Shown here: positions 18,440 through 27,985 of the stretch, in pieces | How the letters are laid out: the number at the start of each line of letters is the position of its first letter | Numbering within the stretch: position 1 is the first letter of the stretch | NCBI GenBank assembly: GCA_902772715.1 | Contig: CACYBT010000294.1 | Span: 1-54,542 of the forward strand | Direction: 5' to 3' | DNA: 54,542 nt | DNA from: an uncultured Succinivibrio sp. | GTDB lineage: Bacteria; Pseudomonadota; Gammaproteobacteria; Enterobacterales; Succinivibrionaceae | The notes under the pieces: model-generated | What the model saw: the letters and a program-made list of their open reading frames with translations, nothing else | Databases searched by the model: none | Told to the model about the DNA's origin: nothing | Made by a program: the position numbers and the translations under genes

Positions 18440-20386
18440 TTATTTTACATCAATAATTGAATACGAACATTTATTAAGCACAATAATATGCTTTTTCCCA
18501 ATTTCTTTTGCCCGTTCAATCATAGTATCCTCTGTAACTTTCTCTTTGCATAATGGTGGAGGCATTGAATATGCCGTAAAAGTTTCGTATGGGCCAAATA
18601 TACGATCATCTCCGCGATAAAAAATGCCATTCTTTTCATACATACTGTTTAATACAGGAATACCAATATATGCACTTGCCGCAATATTTGGATTACATAA
18701 AATAATTCTATTATAAGTATTTTTTGAAAAATTATAGTCATACTTTCTAATAAAATCTGAGCCATCAGAAAGAAACAAACAATAATCTCTTGGCGCTTCG
18801 GAAACAATACTTCTCACCTGATTGAATATTTTATAATTATTATCTCCCAATATTCCTACTGGCATAAATAGTTCTTTCATCTTCCTGGGAATATCTTTTC
18901 TAAAACCAACTAAAGACCCTCTTGAACGAAGTGTTTGAAGTATGGAATCATATAAATGAATATCTCTAAAACATGATGAGAAAACAATCATCATAATTAT
19001 TACAACAAAGAAAGGCTCCTTAAAAAGGATTTGTTTTTTGTTAAAAAGAGTAATAAAAAAGTCTGATAAAACACTTTCTGAACTAGAACTGATAAACAAC
19101 AACCAAGAAAAAATATAAACAGGAATAACAAAATAGAAAGCAGAACCGCCATTAATAGTTAATAATAATCCAGGAATACAAGCTGCAATCATAAGAAGTA
19201 AGCACATTTCAACAAATACACATTCTTTTTTATAGCTAAAAATATTATTAAAGAAAGTTTCTTTTTTATTTTTTATGATTATTCCAATTGGGAAAAATAA
19301 AAAAATATAATGTAACAAAATGTAAAAACAATTTTTGCAATAGAGCCTTGGATAATAAAACAATTGAATAAAGCTATTATCAGTCTTTGTTATCGGGTAA
19401 GATACCGAAATTTTTTTAGTTATCAAATAATACAAAACAAATACTAGAAGATAGCTAACAAAACTAACACATTTTATATTCTTAAAACAATATTTCCGGA
19501 AAAAATAATAACTAGCCCCCAAAGCAAAAACAATACCAAATGAAATCTTTGTATATGAAAGAATAAGGGTGAAAATAGGAATAATAACAAAACAATTTAT
19601 AATTTCAAATGATTTTATTTTTTTATATCCAATATTAATAACTAAAAAATATAATAATGTAATGATAATAGCTATGAGACAAGATTCACTATTATAAAGA
19701 CCAATATAAATATTGCAACCTATATTTTTCTGAAACCTTTTTGTAAAAAAACCACAGATGAATCCCATTAAAAGGATATAATCACAAAAACACAAGGAGG
19801 AATCGCCTGTAAAATATTTTTTACCTATACACGCAACCTTCTGTACAAGAAATAAAAAAATCGGGAGAAAAAGTATTGGAAATAAATAATTATAAGTGAT
19901 ATAACAAGGGACTCCTAAAACCCTTGAAATACATGCAATTATCCAATGAGAAAAACAATGATATGGCAAAAGAGTAGGGGCATTCTGCTGAATTGAAGGA
20001 TAACCGTTGGTCACAATACTTTCTGCAATAGCTGAATGATAAAGCGTATCAATAAAAGTTTTACCCTCAAAAATCCTTTCAATGGCATCCAACCGAAGAT
20101 AATGAGAAAACCATGATTGTCTGATTAAACAAAAACAAATAAAAGCAAACAAAATTATTAAAAGAAAATTATATACATTTATTCTAATTATTCTGCCTTT
20201 AATGATTGAACGAATAAAAAAGAAACACCAAACACAGACACAAAAACTAGCAATTAATAAAACTCTCTGCTCAAAGAAAAAGGCACTTGCTATTAATGCA
20301 ACAAAAAGGAAGCAAAATTGAAATAATGCCATCAAAAATGGCAAAAGATAAATATTTTGAAGTTCATTATTCGTTTGTTTTTCCAT
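18440..20386 (-). CDS. Multi-pass membrane protein, putative GT-C glycosyltransferase (paralog of 33656-35404)
   Basis: Many hydrophobic segments; loop motif DTLY....E.I...GYP, plus YH, YNYL.P..FLP, SESC and TKIS shared with the paralog. Confidence 0.55.
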   Translation of the reverse strand: MEKQTNNELQNIYLLPFLMALFQFCFLFVALIASAFFFEQRVLLIASFCVCVWCFFFIRSIIKGRIIRINVYNFLLIILFAFICFCLIRQSWFSHYLRLDAIERIFEGKTFIDTLYHSAIAESIVTNGYPSIQQNAPTLLPYHCFSHWIIACISRVLGVPCYITYNYLFPILFLPIFLFLVQKVACIGKKYFTGDSSLCFCDYILLMGFICGFFTKRFQKNIGCNIYIGLYNSESCLIAIIITLLYFLVINIGYKKIKSFEIINCFVIIPIFTLILSYTKISFGIVFALGASYYFFRKYCFKNIKCVSFVSYLLVFVLYYLITKKISVSYPITKTDNSFIQLFYYPRLYCKNCFYILLHYIFLFFPIGIIIKNKKETFFNNIFSYKKECVFVEMCLLLMIAACIPGLLLTINGGSAFYFVIPVYIFSWLLFISSSSESVLSDFFITLFNKKQILFKEPFFVVIIMMIVFSSCFRDIHLYDSILQTLRSRGSLVGFRKDIPRKMKELFMPVGILGDNNYKIFNQVRSIVSEAPRDYCLFLSDGSDFIRKYDYNFSKNTYNRIILCNPNIAASAYIGIPVLNSMYEKNGIFYRGDDRIFGPYETFTAYSMPPPLCKEKVTEDTMIERAKEIGKKHIIVLNKCSYSIIDVK

Positions 20387-20401
20387 ATTTATTGTTTCCC
20401 G

Positions 20402-21529
20402 TCATAATTCAATAATCTTACTATTATCAAGGCCAAAAAAATATAATCTCTTTTTGAATTCTTCTTTTGATCTATATTTGCACATAATATTACCGGTCTT
20501 GCATTCTTCTTCCAACCCATTAAAATAAAAGAAAGAAGGATTATATCCAAAAGATACCAGATATAGGTTTGTACTTGAATGACCAAAAAATATTATATCC
20601 ATATCTTGCAAAAAAGGTAAAAGTACTTCTGCGGGGATTGTATTATCAATTTCTGCTACAGCTATAGATTTATCAAAAATATAAGTAGATATATCACGTG
20701 GATGTTTTTTTATTAAAATAGATTTCCCGTTATAATTATTATTAATAAATTGTTCAACTTTTTTATTATATTTTTCTTTGTCTGGGGTTAAATCATTCAG
20801 TGGCGTTGTAAAAAGTATTAAGTCTCTTTTATCAGAAAAATAATCTTCTATTCCAATATATATTTTTTTCAGAAGGCTTTTAAATAAAACTATATCTGTT
20901 TTTGAGAAATCAAAGAGGATTCTCATTTCTTTGTAGTTTGTATAGAGCATTTTATCTGGATGACTACAAAATTTAATACAATTTCGGGTGGTTCTTAATG
21001 GGTAATAGTGACCAATATTTGAATAACCTAAAAACGAAAGCAAAAAACCCTGAATATCATAAAAACGAGATAAGCTTTTTAGGATATTCTTCCATTCCCG
21101 TGCTTCATAATCACCCATTCCATCTTCAAGTATTATTATCTCTTTTTCAGAAGCTTGGGTTAAAAAGAGCCCAGAAATCAGCCCAACATCAGTCAGAACA
21201 ACAACAATATCATAATCGTTGTTTTCAATATACTTACTTATAAATTTTTTACCAAATGCTTTTTGTTGCCCTATTAAGGCATATAAAACCATTTTTATAA
21301 AAAGAAACAACCTTTTTATTACTGGCATTGAATCAAATTGTTGCGTATCTCTATAGATTTTTTTAAATATTCCTAATTTTCTACAGGGTTCGCTTAGATA
21401 TTCTCCTTTATAGCTATTTGGAAGACATAGAGCGCTCCATTCAATATCTTTGCCATAGGTACAATAGTACCATAAGAACTGATATACATTATGTGGATCA
21501 TAAATAACAGCTAAACCCTTTTTCATCAT
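20402..21529 (-). CDS. Sialyltransferase/polysialyltransferase-like glycosyltransferase (GT52/GT38-like)
   Basis: ILEDG, IKKHP, IPAEVL and SST motifs. Confidence 0.75.
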   Translation of the reverse strand: MMKKGLAVIYDPHNVYQFLWYYCTYGKDIEWSALCLPNSYKGEYLSEPCRKLGIFKKIYRDTQQFDSMPVIKRLFLFIKMVLYALIGQQKAFGKKFISKYIENNDYDIVVVLTDVGLISGLFLTQASEKEIIILEDGMGDYEAREWKNILKSLSRFYDIQGFLLSFLGYSNIGHYYPLRTTRNCIKFCSHPDKMLYTNYKEMRILFDFSKTDIVLFKSLLKKIYIGIEDYFSDKRDLILFTTPLNDLTPDKEKYNKKVEQFINNNYNGKSILIKKHPRDISTYIFDKSIAVAEIDNTIPAEVLLPFLQDMDIIFFGHSSTNLYLVSFGYNPSFFYFNGLEEECKTGNIMCKYRSKEEFKKRLYFFGLDNSKIIEL

Positions 21530-21546
21530 TCTCTCCTTTCATTTTA

Positions 21547-22587
21547 TTAATCGCTGAATTTTTCCGAGAAGAATTCTCTGAAATTGTATGGATTTGACTC
21601 TAAATCTATTGGAAGTTCATCTGCTATTTTACAGAGTAAATCATAGTCCATTGTAGCCTTATTAATCTTGCTATAGGCAATAATCAGCCGCATTGGATCA
21701 ACATTTTTTTCATTGCAGCAACGATATATATCTTTTAAGAAACTGGAATGGAACCCGGAATAACCACATACAAGATCCAAAGGATGCATTGGCGCTTTTT
21801 TTGATACATCCTTAATAATTGTATAACCATATTCAAGCAACCGTGGGATATCTATATCCAAAGGATATCCCTGCTTTTCTAAAATCATAACAAGCTGCTC
21901 TGCAGGAGCATTGCCAAGACTTCTTCCTAACCCTTGCAATGAGCAGTCTATAAAATCAAACCCAAGTTGAATACATTTCAGGCTGTTTGAAACAGCAAGC
22001 CCAAGATTGTTATGTCCATGAAAACCCAACATGATGTCAGTTTTCTTCTTTATTGCCATAGAATATGCTTCTATATCTTCTGGCAACATACATCCGGCAG
22101 AATCCACCAGATAGGCCACATCTGCACCATATTCCTCTATTAATGCTATTTTTTCTGCCAGTTCACCTGGAGATAAAATATAGGATTTCATAAGGTTCAC
22201 TGTTGTAAACAAACCATATTTTTTTGCTTCTTTTAAATATAGTTCTGTTTTTTCAACCATATCGGCATTTATCCCAACACGAACAAAAGATACTCCATTG
22301 TCAGCCGCCAATTTGATATCTTGCAGGCGGGCAATTCCTGGGATACAGAAGAAACCAAACTTGGATCTTTTTAATGTATGTTGCGCCACTTGCATGTACT
22401 CTACATCAGAGTGAAGTGAATAACCATATTTTGCGGAACTGGCATTCAATCCCAAACCATGTCCAATCTCAATGTATTCAAAACCTAATCTTTCAAGTTT
22501 AGAAATAATAGCCGCTACATCTGTGCATGAAAATTTAAAATCTACAGCATAACTGCCATCCCGGATTGTCGTATCAAGTATTATCAT
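21547..22587 (-). CDS. 4-hydroxy-2-oxovalerate aldolase-like (DmpG/HMGL, DRE-TIM) enzyme
   Basis: DTTIRDG, EIGHGLGL, VDSAG, GFHGHNNLG and GLGR..GN motifs. Confidence 0.85.
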   Translation of the reverse strand: MIILDTTIRDGSYAVDFKFSCTDVAAIISKLERLGFEYIEIGHGLGLNASSAKYGYSLHSDVEYMQVAQHTLKRSKFGFFCIPGIARLQDIKLAADNGVSFVRVGINADMVEKTELYLKEAKKYGLFTTVNLMKSYILSPGELAEKIALIEEYGADVAYLVDSAGCMLPEDIEAYSMAIKKKTDIMLGFHGHNNLGLAVSNSLKCIQLGFDFIDCSLQGLGRSLGNAPAEQLVMILEKQGYPLDIDIPRLLEYGYTIIKDVSKKAPMHPLDLVCGYSGFHSSFLKDIYRCCNEKNVDPMRLIIAYSKINKATMDYDLLCKIADELPIDLESNPYNFREFFSEKFSD

Positions 22588-23992
22588 TTTTCCTTACCAA
22601 CCCTAATATTTCATTTTGCTTCAAATAAGCGTAATAACAAAGCCCTATAAGAACTACGCTATAACTGCAATAACGTAAAATAGGTCTTTCGCAGACATAG
22701 ATGAACAATATGCAATTAAGAAAAACAAAAAAGGAGAAAAACAGGAAGAACATATCTGAATAAAGCCCTTTATGAACAACCTGAATCAAAATTCGCCCTA
22801 AAAGAGCTAAAAATATATATGATACAAAAGATGTATATGCGGCTGCAATTGCACCATATTTAGGAATAAATATAAAGTTTAGTATTATATTACTAACAGC
22901 TGCGGCTGCAACACACAGTGAAACTTTTCCAGCTTTCTTATAAAACTCCCCTACTGTAGAATAAAAACTATTCAGCACCAGCATGCATGATCCTGCAAGG
23001 AAAGGAGGTATATACCTAAAATCCCAATATGAGGATGGAGCCAAAATTTTAATTACTTCCGGGGAAATCATAAGAAGCCCTACAGATAAAATCAGAAAGA
23101 AGAATAAATACCATTTCTGAATCAACTTTATCGATAGAAAACGTCCTGAGTCCAATGCATGAAATGCCCATGAATGAAAAGCCCCACTAGTTGCTTGAAG
23201 AAAAGCATACAAAATATTTCCTATGCAATAGACTAAACCATACACTGCGGTGAATTTTGCCCCCACAAATTCAGTAATCATTATATGATCGCTCTGCTGC
23301 ATTATTATATATGATATTGAACTTAGAATAGATGGTATCGATATTTTTAATGCATATGAATAATACATAGTATTCCATAGGTTATAATTACCAGCAAGCA
23401 TAACTATAAATAAAAATATTGCGCAACAAGATATACCAATAGTACTTCCGATAACCCGCCCATAATAAGAATTTGACTTAATGCCATAAATCAAAAGAAT
23501 CCCGAAGATTACTTGAAGAATGTTAGGAAGCATCATAAGGAGGCTTTTAATTTTATATCGATTTTCCATGTTTGCATAATTATTATAATATGTGATTACA
23601 AAAAAGGCGTATGAATGAAACAATGCAAAAATCAAAATAACTATCGATAATGATTTATTTGAAACTTTATTAAATAAACAAGTAAATGCAATTGAAATAA
23701 TAGTTACAAAAATAAATATTAATGCTGATAAAAATAAAATGGATGCTCTGAAATTTTTTCTATCTTCCTTAAAATCAAAATATCCATTGTTCAATCCTAT
23801 GAACAGATTCGCTCCAACAAATGGAGCAAACAAGACAACAATTGAATAATAGGTTGTATATAATCCAAAATGTTCTTGGGACATTATTCGGGTAAAGATA
23901 ATACTGCTTAAGAGCATTATCCCTTGTCCTAAACAATTAGCGATAATATACCAAATTGAAGCATTGAAGAAAACACTTGTCTTTTTATTCAT
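22574..23992 (-). CDS. wzx: Wzx-type oligosaccharide flippase (second)
   Basis: 472 aa multi-pass protein; IFTRIMS...FG and NIILNFIFIPKYGAIAAAYTS motifs. Confidence 0.85.
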   Translation of the reverse strand: MNKKTSVFFNASIWYIIANCLGQGIMLLSSIIFTRIMSQEHFGLYTTYYSIVVLFAPFVGANLFIGLNNGYFDFKEDRKNFRASILFLSALIFIFVTIISIAFTCLFNKVSNKSLSIVILIFALFHSYAFFVITYYNNYANMENRYKIKSLLMMLPNILQVIFGILLIYGIKSNSYYGRVIGSTIGISCCAIFLFIVMLAGNYNLWNTMYYSYALKISIPSILSSISYIIMQQSDHIMITEFVGAKFTAVYGLVYCIGNILYAFLQATSGAFHSWAFHALDSGRFLSIKLIQKWYLFFFLILSVGLLMISPEVIKILAPSSYWDFRYIPPFLAGSCMLVLNSFYSTVGEFYKKAGKVSLCVAAAAVSNIILNFIFIPKYGAIAAAYTSFVSYIFLALLGRILIQVVHKGLYSDMFFLFFSFFVFLNCILFIYVCERPILRYCSYSVVLIGLCYYAYLKQNEILGLVRKNDNT

Positions 23993-23996
23993 TTAT

Positions 23997-24683
23997 TTAT
24001 TTTTTTCTGTCATTTTCTATATTTGAAAAAACAGCTATTGTATAATAAGGCTCTACTTTATCTTCTATGTTTTTAACAAAAACAAATCCTGCATTTTCTA
24101 TAACATCCATTTTACAAGAACCAAAATTTGGATTTACCCAATAAATCCAACATTTTTTCTCTTTATGTGATTCTAGAATATTTTCAAGAACCTGCTTTAA
24201 TATTTCTGGTCCAAATGGGTTATTAAAAAAGAAAATATCAAATTGACCTAAATGATTGGATTGTCCTGCGTCTTCATTATAAACACAATCACTTTTAAGT
24301 TCTTCTTTCTTTAAATTATTAAGACAAATATTATACAAAAAAGAATCGTATTCTATGCCTCCAGCAGATTTAAATCCAGCCTTTGCCGCCTGGGAAATCA
24401 CATACCCTTTTCCAGATCCAATATCAATGAAAGATTTAGTATTTTTTTCAGGAAACTCATTAAAAACTCGTTTTAGAATATATTTAGGAGTTTTTGTATA
24501 TGCGCCACCCATTTTTGTTACATATAACATTGTATAATCCAGTCCACGCAGCTTTTCAAAAAAAATAGAGATTCCCATTTCAAAATATCTTAAAACGATA
24601 TGAATTTTTGTTTTTAAAGAATATTTCCCCTTAATTAATCTCCTAATATAGTAACCTATTTTTTTTATATCGCTTATTCGCAT
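23997..24683 (-). CDS. Class I SAM-dependent methyltransferase
   Basis: FIDIGSGKG motif I, GIE and FFFNNPF. Confidence 0.82.
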   Translation of the reverse strand: MRISDIKKIGYYIRRLIKGKYSLKTKIHIVLRYFEMGISIFFEKLRGLDYTMLYVTKMGGAYTKTPKYILKRVFNEFPEKNTKSFIDIGSGKGYVISQAAKAGFKSAGGIEYDSFLYNICLNNLKKEELKSDCVYNEDAGQSNHLGQFDIFFFNNPFGPEILKQVLENILESHKEKKCWIYWVNPNFGSCKMDVIENAGFVFVKNIEDKVEPYYTIAVFSNIENDRKK

Positions 24684-24687
24684 TTAA

Positions 24688-25641
24688 TTATTCCCTACTA
24701 TTGTCTATATTTATTTTATCCCTTATTAGAAACTGCGGGCTTTTATTAAGTGAAATAAAAATACGACCAATATATTCTCCAATAATTCCTAAGAAAATAA
24801 ATGAAAAACCAAATAATAATAAAAGAAGGCAAACTATTGTTGCATAACCAGCCGGCATATCTGAGATTATTTTTTTAATAACAATATTTATTCCAAAACA
24901 AAAACCTAAAAATGAAATTAAAAACCCTAATAGTGTTGTTAATCGTAATGGAATAATTGAAAAAGAAGTAAAACCATTTATCCATAAACTTAATAACTTT
25001 TTTAATGTATATCCACTTTTTCCTTCTAATCGCTTTCTATGTGAAACAGAAACATTACAGGCATTTTGTGAGGATCGTAAAAGTAATCCACCTATATAAG
25101 GATATGGGTTATCGTATCTAAGTATTTCTTTAGCAATAAATCTTCTTATACACCAATATGATGTTAACTCAAGACCTTTAGGTTTGTTTATAAGCCATGT
25201 TGCCATAGACTCATTCATAAAAGTACCAAATTTACGGAAAAGGCTCTTTTTCTCATTCTGAGAATATTTTGCCTCAACCACATCATACCCTTCCTGTATT
25301 TTAGCAAACAATTTTGGGAAATCATTATATGGGGTCTGACCATCATCATCCCCGCAGACAACATAATCTCCTGTGGCATAATGGATAGCAGCCATAACTG
25401 CTGATGGCTGCCCAAAGTTTCGGGCAAGGTTGATTCCCTTTACAAAAGTCTTTTGGGTGGCTATCTCTTTTATCTTGCCATAGGTTGTACCATCAGGAGA
25501 GCAATCATTAACCAATATTATCTCAAATTCATATGCTGACAATTGCTCCGTCATCATTTTTTCAATCTCGGCTACAACGGCATCCAGTGTATTCGTTGAA
25601 TTATAGCAAGGTATTACAAAGCTGATTTTTTCTTTATTCAT
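24688..25641 (-). CDS. GT2 polyprenol-phosphate glycosyltransferase (ArnC/GtrB-like)
   Basis: VIPCYN, VNDCSPD, RNFGQ and DDDGQ motifs; two C-terminal TM helices ending GEYIGRI. Confidence 0.88.
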   Translation of the reverse strand: MNKEKISFVIPCYNSTNTLDAVVAEIEKMMTEQLSAYEFEIILVNDCSPDGTTYGKIKEIATQKTFVKGINLARNFGQPSAVMAAIHYATGDYVVCGDDDGQTPYNDFPKLFAKIQEGYDVVEAKYSQNEKKSLFRKFGTFMNESMATWLINKPKGLELTSYWCIRRFIAKEILRYDNPYPYIGGLLLRSSQNACNVSVSHRKRLEGKSGYTLKKLLSLWINGFTSFSIIPLRLTTLLGFLISFLGFCFGINIVIKKIISDMPAGYATIVCLLLLLFGFSFIFLGIIGEYIGRIFISLNKSPQFLIRDKINIDNSRE

Positions 25642-26840
25642 TTTTCAAACTCCACATAAACCTTTTCCAAAATAGTTTTATATTCCAAATCAACCTTTTC
25701 CTTATTATCTCCACATATTGTGAAATGACCATGACGCTCGCTTCCAAACTGAGGCTTGTGCAAAACATCCCCTTCTTTTATGGCAATCCTGTAGTCCATA
25801 AGATATGGACTGTTCTTCAGATAATCTACACCATGTATCTTTTTTACTTTTCCTTCTCCAAACCCGAAGAAACGCATAATCACATAATGATTTTCTGGGA
25901 ATTTGATATGTTCCAAGGATTTTTCATCTAAGGGTTCGCCCAAAGCGTTTTTAATAAGATATGCATAGTTATCAACCCCAGACATATATGGAACTATTTT
26001 AGCCGACAAATTGCTTCCACCACCCCGGGCAGCCATTTCAAGAAGATAGAACTTGCCTTTATAGAATTTATATTCTGTATGGGTAAGACCAAATGGCAGA
26101 CCTGTTTTCTCAATCAAAGCTTTGTTTGTCTGACGAAGCAAATCATAATCATAAACAGGGTGAGAATATGAATAAGTCTGTTTCATAGAAACATTTTTAC
26201 TATCTGGAAACATCTCCTTAATGGAAATACACAATGGATGATGAACTCCATTCACAGCAAGTCCATCGATAGTGAATTCATCGCCGTCCATATATTCTTC
26301 GGCCATTATCTCTTTGCGTCGGTTGGTAAATGACATTGTTATTGGGAATAATTCTTTTAACTTTGCCTTGTCTGTTATTGTGAATACTCCTCGTGCAGAC
26401 TGGCTGTCTATAGGCTTAATAATTATCTTCCCATGCTTTTCCAGCATCAGTTCAGCTTCTTCTATTGTCCTGCATTTCTTAAAGTCCGGGATATCTATAT
26501 TGTGATCCTTGCACCATTGACGCATCATAGATTTATCTGTAAAAATATCTGCCAACTCCGTACTTATTCCCCGCAACCCTAAGGCTTTGTTTAAGTATGC
26601 TACGGTTGGAATAGCTATATCGCTCTGATCAGAAAGAACGGCATCCGGTTTATATTCCCTGGCAAATTCCAAGTTTTTTTCTTTATCAAGTACATTTGCC
26701 ACTTTGCAGATATCTGCATAAGGGAAAGCAGGTGAATCCTTATAAAGATTCGAGCATAATACTTGGCATCCCATGTTTTTTGCTTTTTTTACTAATTCAA
26801 TCTGCCAGTCTCCACCGGCAATAATCATTACTTTTTTCAT
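25638..26840 (-). CDS. ATP-grasp domain ligase
   Basis: TDKSMMR, IIKPIDSQSARGV, EEYMDGDE, HTEY and LEMAARGGG motifs. Confidence 0.85.
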   Translation of the reverse strand: MKKVMIIAGGDWQIELVKKAKNMGCQVLCSNLYKDSPAFPYADICKVANVLDKEKNLEFAREYKPDAVLSDQSDIAIPTVAYLNKALGLRGISTELADIFTDKSMMRQWCKDHNIDIPDFKKCRTIEEAELMLEKHGKIIIKPIDSQSARGVFTITDKAKLKELFPITMSFTNRRKEIMAEEYMDGDEFTIDGLAVNGVHHPLCISIKEMFPDSKNVSMKQTYSYSHPVYDYDLLRQTNKALIEKTGLPFGLTHTEYKFYKGKFYLLEMAARGGGSNLSAKIVPYMSGVDNYAYLIKNALGEPLDEKSLEHIKFPENHYVIMRFFGFGEGKVKKIHGVDYLKNSPYLMDYRIAIKEGDVLHKPQFGSERHGHFTICGDNKEKVDLEYKTILEKVYVEFEK

Positions 26841-26845
26841 TGTTA

Positions 26846-27973
26846 TTACTTCAAAATCTTCTTTATTTTTTCACAAACCAACTCTGCCTCAGTACTAGTC
26901 ATATCAGCATATAGCGGCAAGCGAAGCACTCGCTGTCCATAATCTTCTGTCACAGGGCATGTTTCCGGGTTATATCCCAGCTTTCTTCCCAATGGGGCGG
27001 AATGGAGCGGCACATAGCAGATATAAGCATAAATACCAGCTTCCTTAAGCCTTGCCACAAGGTTATCTCTGCATTTTGCTGTAGGAAGAATGATATTGTA
27101 CATATGTCCGTTGTGGGTAATGTGTTCTGGAAGGACAGGCTGCTTCAGAAGCTCTTTATCGGCAAGTTCCTTAAGCTGTGCATGGTAGATATTCCATACA
27201 TTCAGTCTCTTGGCCATAATCTCATCATACCGCTCAAGCTGGGCGTAGAGCATTGCAGCCAAAAGATCGGAAGGGAGGAAGGAAGAACCGATATCATGCC
27301 AGGTATATTTGTCAGTCATCCCTTTAAGCACCTGCCTGCGGTTGGTTCCTTTTTCCCGGATAATCTCTGCCCGGTCAATATACTTTGGGTCATTGATGAC
27401 CAGTCCGCCACCTTCGCCCATAGAGTAATTCTTGGTCTCGTGAAAACTGTAACAGCCAAAATCGCCCAGGGTACCAGCTTTTCTTCCCTTATAGGAGGAA
27501 CCTACTGCCTGGGCAGCATCTTCAATTACAAACAATCCATGCTTTTTTGCAATCTCATTTATCGCGTCTGCTTCTGCTGGAAAACCAGCATAATCCACAG
27601 TATAAACAGCCGTTGTTTTCTTGGTTATGAGAGCTTCAATCTTAGTCTCATCAATATTCATGGTGTCTTTTCTGATATCGCAGAAAACAGGTTTAGCCCG
27701 CCGGAGCATAAAGGCATTTGCAGTAGAGGAGAAAGTAAAAGAAGGTACAATCACCTCATCCCCCGGCTCCAGGTCAATCAAAAGAGACGCCATTTCCAAG
27801 GCTGTTGTGCCAGAAGTGGTCAGCAGCATATTTTCTATGCCAAGTATCTCCTTGAATTTCTCATATACTTTCATAGTATACGGTCCGTCACCTGATGTCC
27901 GCCTCAGCTTCATTGCATCGGCAACACACGATATCTCTAAATCTGTTATTGATGGTTTATTGAATGGAATCAT
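26846..27973 (-). CDS. rffA: dTDP-4-amino-4,6-dideoxyhexose transaminase (WecE/RffA, DegT family)
   Basis: MIPFNKP, SGDG, EDAAQA, SFHETKN(PLP-Lys)..GEGG and REKGTNR motifs. Confidence 0.9.
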   Translation of the reverse strand: MIPFNKPSITDLEISCVADAMKLRRTSGDGPYTMKVYEKFKEILGIENMLLTTSGTTALEMASLLIDLEPGDEVIVPSFTFSSTANAFMLRRAKPVFCDIRKDTMNIDETKIEALITKKTTAVYTVDYAGFPAEADAINEIAKKHGLFVIEDAAQAVGSSYKGRKAGTLGDFGCYSFHETKNYSMGEGGGLVINDPKYIDRAEIIREKGTNRRQVLKGMTDKYTWHDIGSSFLPSDLLAAMLYAQLERYDEIMAKRLNVWNIYHAQLKELADKELLKQPVLPEHITHNGHMYNIILPTAKCRDNLVARLKEAGIYAYICYVPLHSAPLGRKLGYNPETCPVTEDYGQRVLRLPLYADMTSTEAELVCEKIKKILK

Positions 27974-27985
27974 CTGATGCTCCTG

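Noticed and set aside
27002-27895. 297-aa plus-strand ORF
   Set aside because: Fully antisense to the well-supported rffA/wecE gene, has no recognisable motifs, and is a typical shadow ORF.
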